From NCBI GenBank assembly GCA_963819655.1, contig CAWFXA010000003.1, positions 544,001-608,000 of the forward strand: 64,000 nt of DNA. The letters run 5' to 3'. This stretch comes from an uncultured Chloroflexia bacterium (GTDB lineage: Bacteria; Chloroflexota; Limnocylindria; Limnocylindrales; CSP1-4). The notes beneath the pieces are model-generated. The model was not told the DNA's origin, searched no databases, and saw only the letters and a program-made list of their open reading frames with translations. Positions 1 to 7,505 of this stretch are shown in pieces (positions within the stretch are counted from its first letter, which is position 1; every line of letters begins with the position of its first letter). The position numbers and the translations under genes are program-made.

Positions 1-1368
1 TGACAGCTCGGACCGCCAGAACGCGTTCTCGAAGTTGGCCAGCGTGTGCGGGGATCCCAGGAAATGCTGCCCGGGCCCACCGGCGAGCATCGCGTCGAGC
101 GCGAGGCCGTTGTCGGTCAGGTCGACGCCGCCGATGTAGGCGGCGGCCATCGACGCCTGGTCCTCGTCGAGCATGAACTTCTCGTAACCGATCGCCAGAC
201 CGCCCTCGAGCCAGCCGGCCGTGTGGAGGTTGAAGTTCACGCCGGCCTGCATCGTGGCCATGAAGCTGATCGCACTCTCGTACGCGGCCTGGTAGTCGGG
301 GATCTTGGAGGCCGTGAAGTTGCCGCCCGACCGGAACGGGACGCCAAGCCGCCGCGCCAGGGCGGCGAGCACGAACAGCACGAGCTGCGGTTCCGGGGTA
401 CCGAACGTCGGGGCGCCCGTCTGCATCGACATCGATGACGCGAACGATCCGAAGATCACGGGTGCACCGGGCCGCACGATCTGGCAGAACGCCATGCCGG
501 CCAGCGCTTCGGCCAGCGTCTGGGTCGCATCCGCAGCCACGGTCACCGGTGCCATCGCCCCGCCGAGGATGAACGGGGTGATCAGCATGATCTGGTTGTT
601 CTCGGCGTAGACCTTCGCCGAGCCGAGCATGTTGAAGTCCCACGACATCGGCGAATTCGCGTTCGCGAGGCCCATGATCACGTGCTCGCGCTCGAGCGCG
701 TCGGCGCCGAACACGATCTTGGTCATGTCGACCGAGTCCTGGGCGCGCGACGGGTGTGTCACCGAGCCCATGAACGCCCGATCCGAGTAGCGGATGTGGC
801 TGTAGACCATCTCGAGGTGGCGCTTGTTGACCGGCAGGTCGACGGGCTCGCACAGCGTGCCCCCACCGTGGTGGAGCGTCGTGCTCGTGTAGGTGAGCTT
901 CACGAAGTTGCGGAAGTCCTCGATCGTCGCGTACCGCCGCCCATCGTCGAGGTTGTGGATGAACGGCGATCCGTAGGACGGCACGAGGACCATGTGGGGA
1001 TCGCCGATGACGACGCTGCGCGCCGCGTTGCGCGCCGTCTGGGTGAAGCTGCGCGGGGCGGTGGCCTGCACGATCTGCCGGCACATCCCGCGCTCGAAGC
1101 GGACCCGGGTGCCCTGGACGTCGGCACCGGCCGCCCGGAAGATGTCGGCGGCCTCGGGGTAGTTGACGATCTCGATACCGACCTCCTGGAGGAGCGTGTC
1201 GGCGTTGTGCTCGATCGCTTCGAGGCCCTCGGTCGAGATCACCTCCACGGGCGGCAACGTCCGTGTCAGGTAGGGGAGGGTCTCCATCGCCCGTGCGAGT
1301 CGGGCGGCCTGGCGCGCGGTCCGACCGCGTCGCGTGGGGGTCGCGTGGTCGAGCTCCTGTGTCGCCAT
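1..1368 (-). CDS. mttB: Trimethylamine methyltransferase (MttB) family protein, non-pyrrolysine type; 3' end runs off the window
   Basis: Not in the ORF track because it is truncated. Manual translation of the minus strand from ATG 1368 (alternative in-frame ATG 1380) gives MATQELDH...YGSPFIHNLDDGRRYATIEDFRNFVKL...GGTLCEPVDLPVNKRHL...NANSPMSWD...TPFILGGAMAPVT...GVPFRSGGNFTASKIPDYQAAYES...HTAGWLEGGLAIGYEKF. These are MttB-family motifs; no in-frame TAG. Confidence 0.9.
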   Translation of the reverse strand, partial: MATQELDHATPTRRGRTARQAARLARAMETLPYLTRTLPPVEVISTEGLEAIEHNADTLLQEVGIEIVNYPEAADIFRAAGADVQGTRVRFERGMCRQIVQATAPRSFTQTARNAARSVVIGDPHMVLVPSYGSPFIHNLDDGRRYATIEDFRNFVKLTYTSTTLHHGGGTLCEPVDLPVNKRHLEMVYSHIRYSDRAFMGSVTHPSRAQDSVDMTKIVFGADALEREHVIMGLANANSPMSWDFNMLGSAKVYAENNQIMLITPFILGGAMAPVTVAADATQTLAEALAGMAFCQIVRPGAPVIFGSFASSMSMQTGAPTFGTPEPQLVLFVLAALARRLGVPFRSGGNFTASKIPDYQAAYESAISFMATMQAGVNFNLHTAGWLEGGLAIGYEKFMLDEDQASMAAAYIGGVDLTDNGLALDAMLAGGPGQHFLGSPHTLANFENAFWRSELS

Positions 1369-1392
1369 CGTCGATGCCATGGTACGCGCCGC

Positions 1393-3378
1393 TCAGAGAC
1401 GCAGCGCGAGCTCGCGGCCCTCATAGAACGCGAGGCTGGCCCGTCGCGGCGCAACGCAGTCGCCGATCGCCTCGAACGACATCCCGAGCGCCGTGAGCTC
1501 CGTGGCCAGGGTCGTCTCTGCCGCGGGCGTCTCGGCGATCACGAGCGTCTCCGCCCGGATCGTCTCGGTCACTCCGGTGAGCGTCGAGCGGACGTCCGCG
1601 GCGGCTCCATCCCAGCTCAGCACGACCGTATCCGGGCGCATCGTCCCGCCGGCAGCCGCGAACCGCCGGCGGAGCGGCACGTCAGCGGCGCTGTGGAAGA
1701 GCCCGCCGCCGACCACCGATGCCGATGTGACGATCGTGACGTGGTGGCCTGCCTCCGCGACAGACAGGGCGGTGCCGAGACCGCGCCAGTCGCCGAGGTC
1801 GTCGAGGACGAGGACCCGCCCAGCGGCGGTCGCCGCTCCGGACAGGACATCGTGGATCGAGACGGCATCGTCCCTGTCGGCGCCGGGGAGGCTTTCGACC
1901 AGGGGAAGCGCACGCTGGAACCCAGTCCCGGGAGGGCGCGCGCCGGTCGCGAGGATCACGACGTCCGCGCGTTCCGCTTGGATGCGCGTGGTGTCTGCGG
2001 CGGTCTCGAGACGCACCTCGACCCCGAGCGCCTCGAGTCGCCGCGCATACCAGGCCAGCAGGTCCAGGATCTGGCCGCGTGACGGCTGCCGACCGGCGAG
2101 CCGGAACTGACCACCGAGCTCGCCATCCCGCTCCAGGAGCGTCACCCGATGACCTCGCTCGGCCGCGACCCTGGCGGTCTCCAGTCCCGCCGGCCCGCCG
2201 CCCACGACCAGCACGGAGCGCGGGGTCGCAGCGGGCTGTGGCCGATCCCCGTCCCAGGCCCACTCCCGGCCGGCCGACGGGTTTACGAGGCACGAGATCC
2301 AGTAGTCGCGCGAGCGACGGCCCCAGCACAGTTGATTGCACGAGATGCACGGGCGGACCTCGTCCGCGCGATCGGCACGCGCCTTGGCGACCATGTGCGG
2401 GTCGGCGATCTGCCCGCGCACGATGCTGACCAGGTCGGCCTCGCCGGCGGCGAGGACCGCCTCGGCGGCCTCGGGCGTCCGGATGTGGCTCTCGGCCTGC
2501 ACGACCGCGTTCGTGACGACGCGCTTGAGCGCGACGGCAAACGGGACGCCGAGCTGCTGCTCGTACAGGGACACCGGGATGATCGGATAGAAGTCGAAGT
2601 ACGAACCGGTGCCGCACGTGACGTAATCCATGGCGCGACGCTGGTCGTGCCACGCGACGATCTCGGCGAGCCCGTCCATCGACAACGCCGCCTCGGAGCG
2701 CACGTCCACGCTCACCGCGAGCCCGACGATGAACGCGTCGCCGCACGCTCGCCGGATGCCGTCCAGGACCGCCGACGAGAACCGCATCCGCCCGTCGAAC
2801 GAGCCGCCCCAGGCGTCGGTCCGGCGGTTCGACCACGGTGTCCAGAACTGATCGATGAGGGCGTGATACGCGGCGAAGACCTCGACGCCGTCGAAGCCGG
2901 CCTCCTGCGCCCGCCGGGCGGCAGCGACGAAGCCGGCGATGACCTCCTCGATCTCGGACTCGGTCATCGCGTGGCTGCCGTCCGCGTCGTGGTAGGACGG
3001 CAGCCCCGACGGCGACCAGTTCGGGGCGAAGGAGTTGTCGGCGTCCCCGTGCTGCCCGACGTGATACAGCTGCTGGATCATCACGACGTCGGGGTTCGCG
3101 TTCCGACAGGCGTCGGTCAGCTGCCGGAAGGGCGGGACGATCGCGTCGTCGTCGTGCCGGAAATTGCCGCGCGTCAGGACGGCGGTCCGGTGCACCGGCA
3201 CGGGCTCGACCACGATCATCCCGGCGCCACCGAGCGCGCGCTCGCGGTAGTAGCCGATGTGGCGTTCCCCGGGCAGCCCAGCCTCCGCCATGTTGGCGGT
3301 GTGCGCCCCGAACGTGATCCGGCTCGTAAGCGTCCGGTGGCGAAGCTGTAACGGCTCAAAGACATGCGGGAACGCCAT
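1393..3378 (-). CDS. NADH:flavin oxidoreductase (old yellow enzyme / TMADH-like; FMN barrel + 4Fe-4S + FAD domain)
   Basis: AGFDGVEV, NRRTDAWGGS, CISCNQLC...C iron-sulfur motif, VLVVGGGPAGLE Rossmann motif; co-oriented directly upstream of mttB. Confidence 0.9.
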   Translation of the reverse strand: MAFPHVFEPLQLRHRTLTSRITFGAHTANMAEAGLPGERHIGYYRERALGGAGMIVVEPVPVHRTAVLTRGNFRHDDDAIVPPFRQLTDACRNANPDVVMIQQLYHVGQHGDADNSFAPNWSPSGLPSYHDADGSHAMTESEIEEVIAGFVAAARRAQEAGFDGVEVFAAYHALIDQFWTPWSNRRTDAWGGSFDGRMRFSSAVLDGIRRACGDAFIVGLAVSVDVRSEAALSMDGLAEIVAWHDQRRAMDYVTCGTGSYFDFYPIIPVSLYEQQLGVPFAVALKRVVTNAVVQAESHIRTPEAAEAVLAAGEADLVSIVRGQIADPHMVAKARADRADEVRPCISCNQLCWGRRSRDYWISCLVNPSAGREWAWDGDRPQPAATPRSVLVVGGGPAGLETARVAAERGHRVTLLERDGELGGQFRLAGRQPSRGQILDLLAWYARRLEALGVEVRLETAADTTRIQAERADVVILATGARPPGTGFQRALPLVESLPGADRDDAVSIHDVLSGAATAAGRVLVLDDLGDWRGLGTALSVAEAGHHVTIVTSASVVGGGLFHSAADVPLRRRFAAAGGTMRPDTVVLSWDGAAADVRSTLTGVTETIRAETLVIAETPAAETTLATELTALGMSFEAIGDCVAPRRASLAFYEGRELALRL

Positions 3379-3399
3379 GGGCCGTGCCAGTATGCGGCG

Positions 3400-4329
3400 A
3401 TGGCAGCCGCGCCACCGCTGATCGTCGTCGCCGGCGCGACCGCGACGGGCAAGACCGAGCTCGGGATCCGACTGGCCGAGGCGATCGTCGCGGCCGGACG
3501 CCCGGCGACCGTCATCTCGGCCGATTCACGGCAGGTCTACCGCGGCCTGGACATCGGCACGGCCAAGGTGACCGCCGTGGACCGGGCGCGGGTCCCGCAT
3601 GCCGGGCTGGACCTCGTCGACCCCGATCGGCGGTTCGCGCTATCGGACTACGTCGCTCACGCCCGGGGCGTCCTGGAGCAGATCGCCCAAGGGGATGGCG
3701 TGGCCCTGCTGGTCGGCGGGACCGGGCTGTATCTGCGGGCCGTGGCCCGCGGCCTCGACCTCGACGGGCTCCCCGACGATCCCGACATCCGCGCCCGGCT
3801 CGAGGCCGAGTTCACGGCCGAGGGCCTCGAGCCACTCGCCGTGCGGCTGCAGGCGATCGCCCCGACGCTCGCCTCGGAGATCCATCTCGCCAACCCGCGT
3901 CGGGTGATCCGGGCGCTCGAGATCGCCGAGCTCCGGGGCGACGGCTCGCGTCCCCGACCGCGCGGTTACGACGGACCCGTGGCGTGGATCGGGCTCGAGG
4001 TTGTGCGCGACGAACATGCAAGGCGCATCGCGGCCCGCGCCCATGCGCAGTTCGACGCCGGCCTTGTCGAAGAGGCGGTCGCCCTGCGCGAGCTCTTCGA
4101 TCCGACGTTGCCCGCGTTCTCCGCGATCGGCTACCAGGAGGCTTGGTCGGTCGTCGACGGGACGCTCAGCCTCGGAGCGGCCATCGAGCAGGACTCGCGC
4201 CGCAACATTTCCTTCGCCAAGCGGCAGCGCACGTGGTTCAGGGCAGAACCCGACATCGCGTGGCTGGACGCCACGGCCGAGGACCCGCTCGCGAAGAGCC
4301 TCGCCGCCGCGAGGTCGATCCTCGACTAG
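3400..4329 (+). CDS. miaA: tRNA dimethylallyltransferase
   Basis: GATATGKT P-loop, ISADSRQVYRGLDIGTAK, VGGTGLY, RRVIRALE, IGYQE, AKRQRTWFR; start moved to ATG 3400 so it does not overlap the divergent gene. Confidence 0.97.
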   Translation: MAAAPPLIVVAGATATGKTELGIRLAEAIVAAGRPATVISADSRQVYRGLDIGTAKVTAVDRARVPHAGLDLVDPDRRFALSDYVAHARGVLEQIAQGDGVALLVGGTGLYLRAVARGLDLDGLPDDPDIRARLEAEFTAEGLEPLAVRLQAIAPTLASEIHLANPRRVIRALEIAELRGDGSRPRPRGYDGPVAWIGLEVVRDEHARRIAARAHAQFDAGLVEEAVALRELFDPTLPAFSAIGYQEAWSVVDGTLSLGAAIEQDSRRNISFAKRQRTWFRAEPDIAWLDATAEDPLAKSLAAARSILD

Positions 4330-4979
4330 CCGTCGGCCACCTCGGTCTCGTCGACCACATCGCTGATCCCGTGGACCCGCTCGACGACCTCGATGATGGT
4401 GTCCGTGTCCTCGATGCCGTCGACGACTCCACGGATGACGGCGGTCGAGCCGCGAACGCCGATCAGCAGCCGGTCGACCAGCCCCGCGGTCGCGGCATCC
4501 GCCCGCAGAGCCTCGCGGATCCGCGCCGTCAGCTCGGGCTCGCCCGGCAGATCCGACCCACGGTGGTCCTCGTCGTACGGCTCGGACTCGGCCGAGACGG
4601 CGGCGCCGGCCGCGATGATCAGGCCGTCCTCCTCTTCCGGGTCGGCATGGACCGGTGGGTCGATCGGCGGGACGTAGACGAGGCCCTCCTCGGTCGCGAC
4701 GTCGGGGTCGTCGGTCTCGCCCTCACGAAGATCGTCGAGATCGAGGTCATCGAGCACGGCGGCCTCGTCGGCCACGAACGTCGGATCCGGCGGCGAGTCG
4801 CCGCGCTCGAACTCGGTCAGGGTCGGCGTGCGCTCGTGTTCCATCTCGTCGGGCGTGATGACCGCGTCCTGCTCATCGGGCGGCGTGTCGCCCTGGATCT
4901 CGATGACGTCCTCGAGCGGCAGATCGTCCGATGTATCGGCGCCATCGGCGGGCGTGCGTCGCTCGCGTGATTCGGTCAC
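4326..4979 (-). CDS. Very acidic protein with a C-terminal BON domain
   Basis: Asp/Glu-rich N-terminus, [13 protein letters not shown] motif, C-terminal IREALRAD...VIRGVV...[17 protein letters not shown] pattern. Confidence 0.75.
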   Translation of the reverse strand: MTESRERRTPADGADTSDDLPLEDVIEIQGDTPPDEQDAVITPDEMEHERTPTLTEFERGDSPPDPTFVADEAAVLDDLDLDDLREGETDDPDVATEEGLVYVPPIDPPVHADPEEEDGLIIAAGAAVSAESEPYDEDHRGSDLPGEPELTARIREALRADAATAGLVDRLLIGVRGSTAVIRGVVDGIEDTDTIIEVVERVHGISDVVDETEVADG

Positions 4980-5068
4980 TGGGCACCTCCTCGGCTCGAA
5001 GCGTCCGGCCGCGCCCTTGCAGGGACGTCTACCGCCCGTCTCGAACGCTCACGGTATCCTGCAGACAC

Positions 5069-6445
5069 ATGCCCCGCACCCTCATCGATCTCGAACCGCC
5101 GAGCGAGAAGGTCTTCCTCGTCGCCGTCGACACCGGCGCCCAGGACGGCTGGACGGCGCAGGAATTGCTGACCGAGCTCGCGAACCTCGCGACGACGGCC
5201 GGTGCCGACGTCGTTGGCGCCGAATGGCAGAACCGTCGTCATGTCGACCCGAACTGGTACATCGGGAAGGGCAAGGCGGAGGAGCTGGCGTCGGCCAAGC
5301 GCGAGACCGGCTTCGACATCCTGATCGCCGACGACGAGCTGTCGCCGGCGCAGCAGCGTGCCCTCGAGGAGCTGCTGCGCGTCAAGGTCATCGACCGCAG
5401 CCGCCTCATCCTCGACATCTTCGCCCTGCATGCCCAGACCCACGAGGGACGCCTCCAGGTCGAGCTGGCTCAGCTCGAATACCAGCTCCCGCGCCTGACC
5501 AAGCTGTGGACCCACCTGTCGCGGACCCAGGGCGGCATCGGGTCGCGCGGTCCCGGCGAGAGCCAGCTCGAGACCGACCGGCGGATCGTCCGGACGCGGA
5601 TCGCCAAGATGAAGGAGCGCGTCGAGCAGGTCCGCCAGCAGCGCGCGACCGCCGCGCGCGGGCGTGACCGACGGCTGTGGCCGACCGTCGGCATCGTGGG
5701 GTACACGAACGCCGGCAAGTCGACCCTGCTCAATACTCTCGTCGGCTCCGAGGTAGCGCGCGCGGAGGACAAGCTGTTCGCGACGCTCGATCCGACGAGC
5801 CGCCAGGTCAAGCTCGGCGACGGCCAGACGGCGATCGTCACCGACACCGTCGGTTTCATCCACAAGTTGCCCCACCAGCTGGTCGATGCCTTCCGGGCGA
5901 CCCTCGAGGAGGTCAATCGCGCTGACGTGCTGCTCGAGGTCATCGACGCGGCCGACCCGCACGCGGAGGAGCACCGGGCGACGGTCCAGTCCGTTCTCGA
6001 CGAGCTCGGGGCTGGCGACAAGCCGCGCCTCGTGGTGTTCAACAAGGCCGACCTGATCGACCGCGTGGCGACGGATGGAGCGGCGGTCGCCCCGTCGATC
6101 GCTGGTGCCGTGTACGTGTCGGCCCTGACCGGGTTCGGCATGGACACGCTGCGCGCCGAGATCGCGGCGGTCCTCGCCTCGCTGTGGGTCGACGTCGACG
6201 TGGCGCTGCCGTACGCCGCTGGCGAGCTTCTGGCGCGTGTACGGGAGCGCGGGACGATCGACATCGAGTATCGAGAGCACGACGTGCGCGTGCACGGGCG
6301 CGTGGCCCCGTCACTGGCCGGTGAGCTCGATTCTGCGGCTGCCCGCTGGTCCGACGCGTTTGACGGGGATGACGGCTCCGGCGGCAACGGCGCCGACCCG
6401 TCGCTGCCGAGACGATCCGCGGCGGGGCGCCGCACCGCGGGCTGA
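5069..6445 (+). CDS. hflX: Ribosome-splitting GTPase HflX
   Basis: [62 protein letters not shown]; ATG 5069 lies 8 nt after TATCCT. Confidence 0.97.
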   Translation: MPRTLIDLEPPSEKVFLVAVDTGAQDGWTAQELLTELANLATTAGADVVGAEWQNRRHVDPNWYIGKGKAEELASAKRETGFDILIADDELSPAQQRALEELLRVKVIDRSRLILDIFALHAQTHEGRLQVELAQLEYQLPRLTKLWTHLSRTQGGIGSRGPGESQLETDRRIVRTRIAKMKERVEQVRQQRATAARGRDRRLWPTVGIVGYTNAGKSTLLNTLVGSEVARAEDKLFATLDPTSRQVKLGDGQTAIVTDTVGFIHKLPHQLVDAFRATLEEVNRADVLLEVIDAADPHAEEHRATVQSVLDELGAGDKPRLVVFNKADLIDRVATDGAAVAPSIAGAVYVSALTGFGMDTLRAEIAAVLASLWVDVDVALPYAAGELLARVRERGTIDIEYREHDVRVHGRVAPSLAGELDSAAARWSDAFDGDDGSGGNGADPSLPRRSAAGRRTAG

Positions 6446-6455
6446 CGGGGCGGGG

Positions 6456-7022
6456 ATGGCCCCGACCCGACGCGCCGGGCGCGCGACGACGATCGGTGGG
6501 GAGATCCTGACGTGGACCGAAGCCGTGGGGACTCGTGGGACGCGTTGGCGCGAGGCCCTGCAGCGAGACGGGACGCTCATCCGGTCGTTGCTGCTGGAGG
6601 TCTCGGCAGCCGGGCGGCCGACCCGACTCGAGATGACGACCGCGGCCGGGCTGCTCACGCTGCACCCGGAGCCGGACGAGTCGGCGCTGCACGGGAACGT
6701 CGTGAGGGGCGACGGGGTGGACCATCTTGCCTTCGCGTGGAGCGCGGACCATGAGCTGCTGGTCCTCGGATCACCTGCCTCGGCGACGATCGCGCTCCGG
6801 CGGCTCGCAGAACGGATCGTGGTGGGTGCGACATGGCCGCTCGATGTAGTGCGGATCGATGACGCGCTCGAGCCGCGCCCGGCGAGCTGGACGGCGGAGC
6901 GAGTCGCGCGGCATGCGTGGCACCTGCGCACCGTCGACGGCCTCGAGGAGCGCCGCCTCACCGTCGATGATCAAGGCCGGCCAGTGCTGACGGATGCGCT
7001 GACCTGGCCGCTCGAGGCGTGA
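6456..7022 (+). CDS. Hypothetical protein (188 aa, beta-rich)
   Basis: ATG 10 nt after the hflX stop with a G-rich upstream tract; host-like codon usage; no recognised motif. Confidence 0.6.
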   Translation: MAPTRRAGRATTIGGEILTWTEAVGTRGTRWREALQRDGTLIRSLLLEVSAAGRPTRLEMTTAAGLLTLHPEPDESALHGNVVRGDGVDHLAFAWSADHELLVLGSPASATIALRRLAERIVVGATWPLDVVRIDDALEPRPASWTAERVARHAWHLRTVDGLEERRLTVDDQGRPVLTDALTWPLEA

Positions 7023-7023
7023 C

Positions 7024-7085
7024 TGTGGGAACCGTGTGGACAACGCTCTCGTTCACGGGATGTTTGCGATGAAAGTCGTGGATAA
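7024..7085. promoter_or_regulatory. DnaA-box-like cluster 1 (three co-oriented boxes)
   Basis: TGTGGGAAC 7024, TGTGGACAA 7035 (= TTGTCCACA), CGTGGATAA 7077 (1 mismatch to TTATCCACA). Confidence 0.65.
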
Positions 7086-7090
7086 CCGCC

Positions 7091-7120
7091 TTGTCGCGGT
7101 GATGGCGCGCACCGTATGGT
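7091..7120 (+). promoter_or_regulatory. Sigma70-type promoter of RNA unit A
   Basis: TTGTCG (7091) - 18 nt - TATGGT (7115); predicted start G7128 is the first base of the terminal stem. Confidence 0.65.
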
Positions 7121-7127
7121 TGGTCTT

Positions 7128-7214
7128 GCCCGGAGGGGCCACGGACATCTAGCGATTTGATCGGTGTTTACATTGATCGGAGCGTCTAGTGATCGAGGTT
7201 CCTTCGGGCGTTTT
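7128..7214 (+). ncRNA. Candidate small structured RNA, copy A (~82-87 nt)
   Basis: GCCCGGAGGGGCC (7128-7140) pairs with GGTTCCTTCGGGC (7197-7209) using G-U pairs; apical hairpin 7158-7179; followed by GTTTT; paralogous to copy B. Confidence 0.7.
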
Positions 7215-7256
7215 CGTGTGTCCGGCGTCTGACCGATCCCGCCGCCGCAGACCCGC

Positions 7257-7317
7257 CGTGGATTACCCGTGGATAGTCCAGCTCGACAGAGCCCCGAATC
7301 ACGAAACTCGTGGATAA
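7257..7317. promoter_or_regulatory. DnaA-box-like cluster 2 (three co-oriented boxes)
   Basis: CGTGGATTA 7257, CGTGGATAG 7268, CGTGGATAA 7309; same spacing as cluster 1. Confidence 0.65.
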
Positions 7318-7323
7318 CACCAC

Positions 7324-7353
7324 TTCACAGACCTGAGTCCCACCGGCTACGGT
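7324..7353 (+). promoter_or_regulatory. Sigma70-type promoter of RNA unit B
   Basis: TTCACA (7324) - 18 nt - TACGGT (7348); predicted start G7360. Confidence 0.65.
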
Positions 7354-7359
7354 AGTCGT

Positions 7360-7448
7360 GCCCGAAGGGGCCGTGGACTGAAAGCGGCGATACCGGTGTT
7401 CTGCATCGGTGTCGATGGCTACGGACCGGCGGTTCCTTCGGGCGTTTC
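7360..7448 (+). ncRNA. Candidate small structured RNA, copy B (~84-89 nt)
   Basis: GCCCGAAGGGGCC (7360-7372) pairs with GGTTCCTTCGGGC (7431-7443); 11-bp apical hairpin 7388-7414; followed by GTTTC. Confidence 0.7.
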
Positions 7449-7505
7449 GTTGTCCGCGGCAGCCCGTGCGGCCAGAGCACGGGATCGCCAGTACCATTCC
7501 TGACC

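Noticed and set aside
46-3351. Long plus-strand ORFs (682-2082, 2149-3351) and similar shadow ORFs throughout
   Set aside because: Antisense or alternate frames of well-supported genes; Arg/Pro/Gly-rich with no motifs
7128-7448. Y RNA, SRP RNA, 6S RNA, tRNA or HDV ribozyme identity for the two RNAs
   Set aside because: No Ro60/TROVE gene nearby; no SRP GGAA loop motif; about half the length of 6S; no cloverleaf; HDV catalytic core absent
7023-7505. Chromosomal origin oriC
   Set aside because: DnaA-like boxes and three GATC are present, but there is no dnaA/dnaN/parAB/gyrB context and no clear AT-rich DUE. The boxes are locked to promoters and the GATCs fall inside RNA copy A. Not fully excluded without GC skew.
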